Positions 1-7,827 of a DNA stretch of 64,000 nt are shown one piece after another. The notes beneath the pieces are model-generated. The model did not search any database. It was not told the DNA's origin and was given only the letters and a program-made list of their open reading frames with translations. A program made the translations under genes and the position numbers. Position 1 is the stretch's first letter; the number at the start of each line of letters is the position of its first letter. The stretch covers positions 256,001-320,000 of the forward strand of contig JBGAHS010000004.1 in the NCBI GenBank assembly GCA_044226015.1. Reading direction: 5' to 3'. This DNA is from Candidatus Obscuribacteraceae bacterium (GTDB lineage Bacteria; Cyanobacteriota; Vampirovibrionia; Obscuribacterales; Obscuribacteraceae).

Positions 1-1021
1 ATACGCCAAAGCTTATTCTGGCTAGTTTCACCCCTGGTGTATCTGCCAGTGAATTCAAAATGCCTTCTCCTGAAGCTTTATTGCTGCAAGACAGAATGTA
101 ACGCAAGACAGTCCCAGCTCCCTGCAGTTCGCGTTTCTCGACTATGTTAACTGAGCCGGCGGCGACTCGGACTATTTTTTCTATCTCTGAGATCTGGCAC
201 GCAGTATCGTCGATCTGTAAATCGAGCAGGGCGTAGTCGTTTAGTATGGCAATTCCGCTCAACTCTGGGCATGCCGATTGTAATTTGCTAACAACGGTTC
301 CAGAATTTGCGACATTGAAAACATTTCGGATGCGAATGTCTAATCCATTTTCATTAGCGCATTCAACTGCTCTTGGATGTATTACTTGCGCTCCGTTGGC
401 GGCTAGTTCGAGGCAGTCTTCATAAGATAGTTTTTCGTGCTGAATAGCACCATTAATAATATTTGGGTCTGCGCTGAAGATTCCATCTACGTCAGTATAT
501 ATCTCACATTCGTTGGACCCAATAGCTGCGCAGATAGCAACCGCAGATGTATCTGAGCCGCCTCGTCCTAATGTTGTTATGTCGCCCTGGCTCGTCACTC
601 CCTGAAATCCGGCAACTACGATTACGTCGTTTTCTTGAAATGCGTCAAGTATTTTTTCTTTGTTGATACTCAGTATTTCTGCATTTCCGTAATTGGCTTC
701 AGTGACAATTCCCAATTGAGTTCCGGTGAAAGACTTTGCCTTGATGCCGTGATCTTTGAGAATAATACTAAGCAAAGCGATTGTCTGTTGCTCTCCGCAA
801 GACAGTAGTACATCGAGCTCGCGGCGGTCTGGCTCATCTGCGCAAAGCTCAGCCAGCTGAACTAAGCTGTTTGTGTGATCACCCATGGCAGAAACGATTA
901 CCACGGTTTGGTTCTTATCGCAGTAGCTCGAAACTATCTGCGCCACGTGCGCGAGGCGCTGTGGGCTTTTGACGGATGTGCCACCAAACTTAAGCACTTT
1001 TATTTTCTTGTCTTCTGTCAT
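1..1021 (-). CDS. lysC: Aspartate kinase (runs off the left edge of the window)
   Basis: Not in the ORF track. Manual translation from ATG at 1021 gives MTEDKKIKVLKFGGTSV...VIVSAMG..., later VAGFQG, TTLGRGGSDTSA and IYTDVDG, the amino-acid kinase family motifs. A GGAG RBS lies upstream. Confidence 0.9.
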   Translation of the reverse strand, partial: MTEDKKIKVLKFGGTSVKSPQRLAHVAQIVSSYCDKNQTVVIVSAMGDHTNSLVQLAELCADEPDRRELDVLLSCGEQQTIALLSIILKDHGIKAKSFTGTQLGIVTEANYGNAEILSINKEKILDAFQENDVIVVAGFQGVTSQGDITTLGRGGSDTSAVAICAAIGSNECEIYTDVDGIFSADPNIINGAIQHEKLSYEDCLELAANGAQVIHPRAVECANENGLDIRIRNVFNVANSGTVVSKLQSACPELSGIAILNDYALLDLQIDDTACQISEIEKIVRVAAGSVNIVEKRELQGAGTVLRYILSCSNKASGEGILNSLADTPGVKLARISFGV

Positions 1022-1053
1022 TTTAATTCTCTTCTCCATCTGGTCTTAAAGTT

Positions 1054-2250
1054 CTAGACTGCGATTTTGCTTGCACGTTCTGCAAAGCAAATCGCGTAAT
1101 CGATGTCGTTTATGAGGTCATCGGCGCTTTCTATGCCCACCGATAAACGCACGAGTCCATCCACTATTCCAAGTTGATCTCTAACTTCTTTGGGAATCGG
1201 AGCGTGTGTCATGCTTGCAGGATGGCAGAGGAGTGATTTGACACCACCCAGACTCTCGGCCAGTTGGAAAAGTTCGGTGCTGTTAACGAAGTCTCTGGCT
1301 GCGGCGAAGCCGCCTTTTAGCACAAACGAAACGACTCCGCCGAATCCCTTCATCTGTTTCTTTGCAAGAAGATGCTGGGGATGGCTCTCAAGCCCCGGAT
1401 AAAAAACTCTGTCAACGAGCTTATTCTCACTCAGGAAATTTGCGACTAATGTAGCATTTCTTTCGTGTTCTTTCATTCTCAACGAAAGCGTTTTAATTCC
1501 ACGTAGTGTTAAGAACGAGTCGAAGGGTCCGGGCACCGCGCCGGCAGCATTTTGAATGAATTTCAGTTCCTCATATAGGTCTGCGCGATTGGTGATTATG
1601 GCACCGCCTATGATATCGCTGTGTCCGCTCAGGTACTTTGTTGTGCTATGAACGATTATATCTGCGCCGAGTTCAAGTGGCTTTTGAAAATATGGCGTCG
1701 CAAAAGTATTGTCTACGGCAAGCAGTATATTTTCTCTTTTGCATATTGCGCTTATTTCTTCTATGTCCGCAAGGTTTAGAAGCGGGTTAGTGGGTGTTTC
1801 GATCCACACCAGTTTTGTGTTGCTTTTTATTGCATTTGCAATTTCTTCGGGTACGCTGGCATCGACGTAGCTAAAGTCAATATTGAATTTGCGTTTTACT
1901 CGTTCAAATAATCTATAAACACCACCATAAACGTCTTTGCCTACGATTACATGATCTCCGGCTGAAAGTATGTCAGCTACGATTGATACAGCCGCGAGCC
2001 CCGATGCGCAGCCAATGCCGAACTCCGCTCCCTCAAGTGAGGACAGGCAAGACTCTAGAGCGCTTCTGGTTGGATTATGGCTGCGTGCATACTGATACCC
2101 TTTGTTTTTACCCAACTCATCTAGAACAAAAGTTGATGTTTGATAGATTGGAGTTATCAGCGCTCCTGTTGCTGCGTCTTTTTCTTGTCCTTGATGAATA
2201 GCCAGAGTTTCGAAGCTATATTGTTGGTTTTTGTTGCGTAGTTTGCTCAT
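1054..2250 (-). CDS. metB: PLP-dependent cystathionine gamma-synthase/lyase (Cys/Met metabolism family)
   Basis: Motifs YARSHNPT, ETPTNP, VDNTFATP, HSTTKYLSGHSD (PLP lysine), AESLGG and RLSVGIE. Synthase versus lyase specificity is inferred from the context next to lysC. Confidence 0.85.
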   Translation of the reverse strand: MSKLRNKNQQYSFETLAIHQGQEKDAATGALITPIYQTSTFVLDELGKNKGYQYARSHNPTRSALESCLSSLEGAEFGIGCASGLAAVSIVADILSAGDHVIVGKDVYGGVYRLFERVKRKFNIDFSYVDASVPEEIANAIKSNTKLVWIETPTNPLLNLADIEEISAICKRENILLAVDNTFATPYFQKPLELGADIIVHSTTKYLSGHSDIIGGAIITNRADLYEELKFIQNAAGAVPGPFDSFLTLRGIKTLSLRMKEHERNATLVANFLSENKLVDRVFYPGLESHPQHLLAKKQMKGFGGVVSFVLKGGFAAARDFVNSTELFQLAESLGGVKSLLCHPASMTHAPIPKEVRDQLGIVDGLVRLSVGIESADDLINDIDYAICFAERASKIAV

Positions 2251-2261
2251 TGAAAATCTCC

Positions 2262-2297
2262 AAAAGAAAACGCCCTTCCCGGAAAGAGAAGGGCGTT
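2262..2297 (-). terminator. Intrinsic terminator (attenuator) just upstream of the metB RBS
   Basis: Minus strand reads AACGCCCTTC-tctttccgg-GAAGGGCGTT followed by TTCTTTT, then the GGAG RBS and the metB ATG. Confidence 0.85.
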
Positions 2298-2319
2298 GTG
2301 TGCTCAGTAATCTAAAGAC

Positions 2320-2397
2320 TTATCTGAACCCGGACGACAACACACCTTCCCGCTGGGGAGGCATTGGCATGTTCATCATCATCATTGAGTTCGTCAT
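2320..2397 (-). CDS. Met-rich leader peptide MTNSMMMMNMPMPPQREGVLSSGFR (alternative start at 2406 adds MTC)
   Basis: Four consecutive ATG codons plus two more internal Met codons, ending 22 nt before the terminator and in front of Met biosynthesis genes. Confidence 0.8.
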   Translation of the reverse strand: MTNSMMMMNMPMPPQREGVLSSGFR

Positions 2398-2404
2398 GCA
2401 GGTC

Positions 2405-2432
2405 ATTATGCTCTCGATTTCGGAAATTACAA
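2405..2432 (-). promoter_or_regulatory. Putative sigma70 promoter of the leader-metB-lysC operon
   Basis: TTGTAA-N16-CATAAT on the minus strand. The -10 box ends 7 nt before ATG 2397, consistent with a leaderless transcript. A CTCTCG...CGAGAG inverted repeat (2411-2439) overlaps it. Confidence 0.5.
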
Positions 2433-2577
2433 GCGAGAGAATTCTTATTGGTAACATTTCGGAATAATTTTTTGGAAGATCCATATATGTTATTGAGTGC
2501 ACAATCGTTGACTTTCGCAAGTGGCTAGCTGCTGCCAGGAAAAGAAGAGAATAGTGGGTTCTGCTGGTGTTAAGTTC

Positions 2578-3063
2578 TTAGCTATTCTGTCGCTTCAGTT
2601 GAATCTCGACTCTCACTTCTTCGGGTGAAGGTGCGCAGCACGCAGACTTCTTCGCCATTGGAGCATCACTTGAGCTCACCTCATTGTCGTCACCATATAC
2701 GGTGGATTCACCGGTGGTGAGAAAAGTTTCCCAGGCTATGCCTTGTGGATCTACTACCCATGCTTTTTCCGACTTGGCATAACAACAAGTGGTCGCACCT
2801 TCATCCAGAACCTGCATGTTTGCTTGTTTTAGGCGGGAGGAAACTTCTTGAAGCTCTTCTGTGTTTTCAACTTGAACGCCAAGATGGTCTAGCCCCGGTT
2901 CTCTGCCTCGAGCTGAAATTGCAAAATTCACGCGGGGATCATCTAGCATCCATTTTGCGTAGTCTTGCTTCGAAACCGAAGGTCCGGTGCCGAAAAGATT
3001 TGAATAAAACTCGGTGGATTTTTGCAAGTCCTCAACTGCCACATGCACGTGTAGTCTTTTCAT
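2578..3063 (-). CDS. arsI: ArsI/CadI-family VOC (glyoxalase-like) metalloenzyme
   Basis: MKRLHVHVAV...YAKWML..PRVNFAIS...LDHLGVQV...TTCCYAKSEKAWVVDPQGIAWETF, with the vicinal CC. TAATG coupling to arsR. Confidence 0.8.
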   Translation of the reverse strand: MKRLHVHVAVEDLQKSTEFYSNLFGTGPSVSKQDYAKWMLDDPRVNFAISARGREPGLDHLGVQVENTEELQEVSSRLKQANMQVLDEGATTCCYAKSEKAWVVDPQGIAWETFLTTGESTVYGDDNEVSSSDAPMAKKSACCAPSPEEVRVEIQLKRQNS

Positions 3064-3362
3064 TAGCATTTGCCTCCATTGTCAGCGCAGCAATTCTCAA
3101 GCAAAAAGTTGATGAGTGTTTGCATGTGCGCATAATTTGCTGAATATATGATTGAACGACTTTCTCGCCGAGCAGATATTAGTCCTGCATTGGTCAGTTC
3201 CTTTAGATGGAATGACATCGTGGCTGGTGGCATTCCAAAATGTGTACTCAGATCGCCAGCCGCCATTCCTGCGGACCCTTGTCTCACCAAGAGTCGGAAA
3301 ATTTCCAGACGTGTTTCTTGTGCCAATGCCGCCAGGGCGTTGACTGCGTTGTTCGTTTTCAT
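3063..3362 (-). CDS. arsR: ArsR/SmtB-family repressor
   Basis: ALAALAQETRLEIFRLLV...TMSFHLKELTNAGLI...RSIIYSANY...LLENCC: ArsR HTH with C-terminal vicinal cysteines. Confidence 0.9.
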   Translation of the reverse strand: MKTNNAVNALAALAQETRLEIFRLLVRQGSAGMAAGDLSTHFGMPPATMSFHLKELTNAGLISARRESRSIIYSANYAHMQTLINFLLENCCADNGGKC

Positions 3363-3398
3363 ATTTCCAATAATATCGAAATGTTGTTTCTTGGTCAA
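3363..3398 (-). promoter_or_regulatory. arsR promoter with overlapping operator palindrome
   Basis: TTGACC-N17-TATTAT, ending 7 nt before the ATG. An inverted repeat ATTTC-N10-GAAAT lies at 3363-3382. Confidence 0.6.
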
Positions 3399-3518
3399 GC
3401 CCTTTCGAGTGTATTAAAATGGTGGTTTTTGAAGAAAATGGAGCAGAGTAGTTCGAAAAAGAATAATTTGGACCCATTTTGAAGAAATTGGACCCAGGTC
3501 GAGTTTTTTTTTGTTGAG

Positions 3519-3716
3519 ATGCCGGATCTAATTGCTGAGCGATTCGTGCTTTTTGTGCATAGAAATGGTGGCACTCTTCCAAACAAGCGAAGGAAGAGAG
3601 AATTCGCTGCATTGAAAGATGAAGAGCTTACAAACTTGGAAGAAATAGTTCGCGACGCATTCGATGGTTTCGAAGAGGTGGCTGGAACAGATCTGCGCCG
3701 GGCTTCGGAAGATTAG
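3519..3716 (+). pseudogene. C-terminal remnant resembling Fic-family proteins
   Basis: MPD...FVLFVHRNGGTLPNKRRKREFAALKDEEL..LE.IVRDAF resembles the C-terminal tail of long Fic proteins (recalled similarity). No Fic core is present. Confidence 0.45.
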
Positions 3717-3789
3717 CTAAAACCCTGTCTTCCTGTTAGTTCTTGGTGCGAAGGATGTATAATTGTCCGACCATCGAAGGTAATAAATT

Positions 3790-4752
3790 ATGCCAGACCA
3801 AGATTACTTGCAAAATATTAGTAAGCAGCTGCTTGAAGAACTTGATGCTTTTTTTGGCTTGCATAAAGGTTTTCGCCCAGTTCATGCAAAAGGCATTATT
3901 TGCACGGGAACTTTCACTCCTTCTCCTGAGGCTGTTAGTTTAACTTGAGCACCACATGCGCAGAGTTCCTCCACCGATGTGATGGTGCGTTTTTCTAATT
4001 TTGGTGGTTTGCCAATGATTAGCGATACCGATCCGAATGCGGCACCGCGTGGCATTGCTGTGCGATTTAATTTAGCACCACATGTCCACACTGATATTGT
4101 TGCTCACACTAAAAATGGCTTTCCTGTGCGAACTGGCGAAGAATTCTTGGACGTTCTAAAGGCTCTTGTTGCAAGCCGTGACAGCGCAGGCAGTCCATCT
4201 CCTTTCGAGCAATATCTGGCTGCACATCCAAAAGCCAAAGAATTTTTCACTACGCCCAACCCAGTTCCTGCGAGTTTTTCCACCGAATCCTTTTATGCAG
4301 TCAATGCTTTCAAGTTCACGAACAAAGAAGGTAAATCTTGTTATGGGCGCTTACAAATTTTGCCGGAAACTGAGGCGGAGTATTTGGATGATGCTGTAGT
4401 AAAAACGAAGGGTAGTGAATTTCTATTCAATGAATTGGAAGAACGCGTCAAGAACGGAACTATCAAAATGCGTATTGTCGTTGAGCTCGCACCTGATGGA
4501 ACCGAAGTAAATGACGCTACTATTTGCTGGGGCGAAAATAGCAAGAAATTGCCTTTTGGCACCATCGAATTGAACAAACTTGTACCTCCAGGCGATGTTG
4601 AATCTGACAGAGTTATTTTTGATCCGATTCCACGCGTGGATGGCATTGACCCTTCGGACGATCCACTAATTGAGTTGCGTGCGGCAATTTACCTTTTGAC
4701 AGGACGCCGGCGTCGAGCTGCAGTAAAAGAGCGTGAGCATTCACAAGCTTAA
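3790..4752 (+). pseudogene. Catalase-related peroxidase (SrpA-like) with an in-frame TGA
   Basis: ATG 3790 gives MPDQDY...GFRPVHAKG...SLT*APH...VRFS in the same frame as ORF 3979-4752 (PRGIAVRF, SDDPLIELRAAIY). TGA at 3946-3948. Confidence 0.85.
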
Positions 4753-4823
4753 GCATGAAATTTGAGGAAATTGGAACCTCGGTTAGAATTCTCGAGCGAT
4801 CTGGAAGCTTATTTTGCAAGCAT

Positions 4824-5430
4824 TCAGGAGGCTTTGTTTAGTATTCGAGACCAAAACATTTGGGCACCACTAGTGGTGTACTGGCTCATTAGTGAGTGCA
4901 TCAAAGATAGATGAACGCCTGCTTTTATATCCAGGTCGTAACTGAGTAAATGGAAATGACGCAAAAATTGAAACAACCGATCATCGGGTACTTCAACTCC
5001 GGCGTTTGCCTTCTTGAGCTGTTCCCTGAATGCTTTCAACTTGTCTTGTTTGTCTTTGCTGCTCAAATTGGACATATCAACCATGCGCAGAAATTCTTCT
5101 GCACTGTTCGTATGTCTCGCCCATTCCAAAATTCCACGGGCGCCACTGATGTCAGTGTTGCTTAATGGTCCTGTTATCAAAGCAATCGAATCGCTACCTT
5201 CAGTGAACAAATCAGGATTATTGAAATCGTTCCACGCAGCTTGAATCACTTCTCCAAACACTTTACCGGCAGTTGTTATCGCCACAGTATGCTTTATCTG
5301 AGCCAACAGGTTTCGCTGCTGATCGCCACTGAGTTTCTCGACAAAGACAATCATTCGTCAGTGTCGAATCCGTCCATCTTTCCCTGCAACTTAATCTTCA
5401 AGATGGGCCAGCATGGCAACGATGGCGCGA
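4824..5430 (-). pseudogene. Truncated, frameshifted N-terminal nuclease-like domain of a large defence-island-type protein
   Basis: APSLPCWPILKIKLQGKMDGFDTD, then a frameshift into MIVFVEK...LLAQIKH, a D...QxK PD-(D/E)XK-like pattern. Truncated at both ends. Confidence 0.5.
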
Positions 5431-5436
5431 GTAAAA

Positions 5437-5535
5437 CTAGTCTGCACGAAAGTCACACTCATGCGCCAGCGGCGTTTCACGACCGTGGATAAGCGTTTCA
5501 TCGATATCCAGGATAAGTAACGGGCGCTGTTCCAT
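5437..5535 (-). pseudogene. N-terminal fragment of an FCP1/NIF-type HAD phosphatase
   Basis: Manual translation MEQRPLLILDIDETLIHGRETPLAHECDFRAD* contains the DxDETLxH motif but only 32 codons. Confidence 0.6.
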
Positions 5536-5622
5536 TCTTCAATACACCAGCTCTGTCGGCGCAACCGCTAAATGTATTCCCGTTTTTCGACATTGGCCTT
5601 CATGATGTAATCTTTGCAAGTG

Positions 5623-5839
5623 GCACCATATATAGTGGCGAGTGAAGCAATTCTTTCGCCGGGTAAGGCAGCGGGTAAGGCGTGCGCTGAGCATCGCGAA
5701 CCGCGCGGGTTAGGCAGTGGGTTAGGTGAGAGAGCGCTGGAGGTTGTCGCCGCGTTCTTAATTTACCGATCGACAAGCGACAGACAAACATCGTTGATAG
5801 TGGTTCTTCACGCTCAACCAATCTGATCGCATTTGCATT
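5623..5839. repeat. att-arm-like non-coding module, copy 1
   Basis: Shares GCACCATATrTAGTGGCG, paired GGGTwAGGC repeats at 12-bp spacing and TCTGATCGCATTTGCATT with 21249-21463. Confidence 0.7.
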
Positions 5840-6816
5840 TGCAGGAGTTGTTCGACCATTACAGAGTTGGGCATTTGCAAAAGAGGGCAAAACGTGTGGC
5901 TGACGCGGAGAACGATTTCAAGCGTTGGTTTGGTTCGCTTGCAAACAAGAAAATATCTTCTTTTATTCATAGCGACGCTCACAGACTGCATGCCAGCATG
6001 TCAAAACGTACTCCGGTATCAGCCAATCGAGCGGTCCAGCTCGGCCGCGCCATGTTTAATTTCGGCATTAGGACACGCTTTATCCAGGGCGAAAATCCTT
6101 TCGGCGGAATAAGTTTAAACAGGGAGGCGGAGCGCGATCGCGTCCTTACAGACGTTGAAGCCGGAAAGCTCTTATCGGCGCTTGACGCAATTCCTGCCAC
6201 GCACTCAGACGAACGTACTTTACGTGATTGGGTGCTGTTATCGCTGATGACTGGAGCACGAAAGGCAAACATTCTCGGCATGCGTTGGGAAGAAGTGGAT
6301 CTAGGCGGCGGTACTTGGACCATACCCGCAGAAAAGATGAAGGGTGGACGAGTGCAAAGCATACCCCTAAACACGCTTGAATTATCCGTTCTGTCAGAGC
6401 GAAAACAATTGTTGAAGAAGGCCCATGTCGTCTCGCCATGGGTCTTTCCTGGGACTGGAAATAAAGGACACATTGTCGATCCTGGAAATGCTTGGGAAAC
6501 TCTACGTTCACGACTTGGGCTAGAAGATTTATGGATTCACGACTTGAGGCGGAGTCTGGCATCCTCAATGGCGAACACCGGAGCAGATGTTTCGATTGTA
6601 CGAGCAGCTCTCAACCATACCGACACGCGAACAACTTTAAAAGCATACATCAGGACTAACCAGCAAGCTCAGCTTGATGCACGACAGAAGGCGCAAGATG
6701 CTTGGCTCGAGGCGATGAAGCGGCAATCAAAAACAACGCCAGATCCAACTGATGAGTCAGGACAGCCTGTCGTATCAATCTCCAAACGCAAGCGTAAGAA
6801 GAAAAAAAATCACTAA
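5833..6816 (+). CDS. Tyrosine integrase, probably N-terminally truncated
   Basis: Catalytic set TGARKANI (R), MKGG (K), HDLRR, LNH and TLKAY. The TTG start lies inside the att-like motif and no arm-binding domain is present. Confidence 0.8.
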   Translation: MHLQELFDHYRVGHLQKRAKRVADAENDFKRWFGSLANKKISSFIHSDAHRLHASMSKRTPVSANRAVQLGRAMFNFGIRTRFIQGENPFGGISLNREAERDRVLTDVEAGKLLSALDAIPATHSDERTLRDWVLLSLMTGARKANILGMRWEEVDLGGGTWTIPAEKMKGGRVQSIPLNTLELSVLSERKQLLKKAHVVSPWVFPGTGNKGHIVDPGNAWETLRSRLGLEDLWIHDLRRSLASSMANTGADVSIVRAALNHTDTRTTLKAYIRTNQQAQLDARQKAQDAWLEAMKRQSKTTPDPTDESGQPVVSISKRKRKKKKNH

Positions 6817-6887
6817 ATCGTATCGGCTAGCCTAGAATGTCCAATTAACGACCTTTTCAGCTCAATCAGGATTTGTGAGGTCATTTT

Positions 6888-6949
6888 CGAATATTGACAA
6901 TATTGCGATTGTTTCGAGTGTTGCGAATATTGCGAATAGATGGTATGTT
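6888..6949 (+). promoter_or_regulatory. Promoter overlaid by six 9-bp tandem repeats (CGAATATTG-like), a likely antitoxin operator
   Basis: Repeats at 6888-6941. TTGCGA(6921)-N17-TATGTT(6944) with a TG extension. Confidence 0.5.
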
Positions 6950-6975
6950 CTGTATATAGTGACCAGGACGGAATT

Positions 6976-7431
6976 ATGCCAGCATTAGCAGATGAACCAT
7001 TGCTACCAACAGCACAAGACGTAAGAGTGGCTACGGAATTGATTTTCGAACTTAACTCTGCCAAAGGAAAGCGACGTCCCAAGTTTTTGCTTTCCAGCAA
7101 CAAAGGTGAACAGATCGAGCTTTCAGAAGGTGCTTACGTTCTTCTTGTGAAGGTCTTGGAGGAGATGTCCAAGGGCAACGGAATAATGGTGATGCCAATA
7201 CACGCGGAGCTTACGACGCAGCAAGCAGCAGATTTCCTAAATGTGTCACGGCCTTTTCTCATTGGTCTGCTTGAAAAAGGAGAATTGCCTTTTCGGACTG
7301 TAGGCCGTCACAGGCGAGTTCGCTTGGAAGATATGATGAAATACAAGAAGCTCAATGATGAAAAACGCTTGGCGGCATTGGACGAGCTTGTCGCCCAGGC
7401 GCAAGAGCTTAATCTGGGCTATGGGCGCTGA
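6976..7431 (+). CDS. Excisionase-family HTH DNA-binding protein (putative antitoxin)
   Basis: ELTTQQAADFLNVSRPFLIGLLEKGELPFRTVGRHRRV (HTH_17-like). TGATG coupling to the PIN gene. Confidence 0.85.
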   Translation: MPALADEPLLPTAQDVRVATELIFELNSAKGKRRPKFLLSSNKGEQIELSEGAYVLLVKVLEEMSKGNGIMVMPIHAELTTQQAADFLNVSRPFLIGLLEKGELPFRTVGRHRRVRLEDMMKYKKLNDEKRLAALDELVAQAQELNLGYGR

Positions 7432-7643
7432 TGTTCACCCAGTTCGCTGTCGTTTACGATGCCTGCGTTTTGTATCCAGCACCGTTGCGAGATCTTCTCA
7501 TGCACCTGGCTATGACAGGTCTGTTTCGCGCAAAATGGACAAATCATATTCACGACGAATGGATCAGGAGCTTGCTGAGGGATAGGCCGGATCTAACGCC
7601 CTGCAGCAAGGTAAAGATGAGCAAGAAAACACACAATCCGTAA
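7431..7643 (+). pseudogene. PIN-domain toxin, truncated
   Basis: VVYDACVLYPAPLRDLLMHLA..GLFRAKWT..IHDEW...RPDL is a PIN N-terminus. The ORF ends after 70 aa. Confidence 0.8.
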
Positions 7644-7827
7644 ATAACGGCTATGATTTTACATTACATCGAGCGATTCCTCTGGATAAGCTTGTTAAAC
7701 CAGGTTGTTTGCCCCCTGCGCAAGGCGGCGGACTCTGAATCAAGGAATCCGTATCAATCGGTTCCTTCTACTAGTGCCTTGTTTCATGATCACATCTACT
7801 GCCTAAAATGGTAATAGGAATACTTGC

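Noticed and set aside
2255..2520. SAM riboswitch or T-box upstream of metB
   Set aside because: No SAM-I core or T-box UGGNACC motif was seen. The leader-ORF model explains the hairpins.
2320..2520. The 66-aa ORF as called by the track
   Set aside because: The TTG start lies upstream of the likely promoter. Only the Met-rich 3' part is supported.
3946..3948. TGA as selenocysteine or a recoded codon
   Set aside because: The position appears to correspond to Arg rather than Cys, no SECIS-like hairpin is evident, and TGA is used as a normal stop elsewhere in the window.
2520..5620. Direct repeat of the tRNA-fMet 3' end marking the far att site
   Set aside because: No convincing copy was found by eye, so the left boundary of the island is unresolved.
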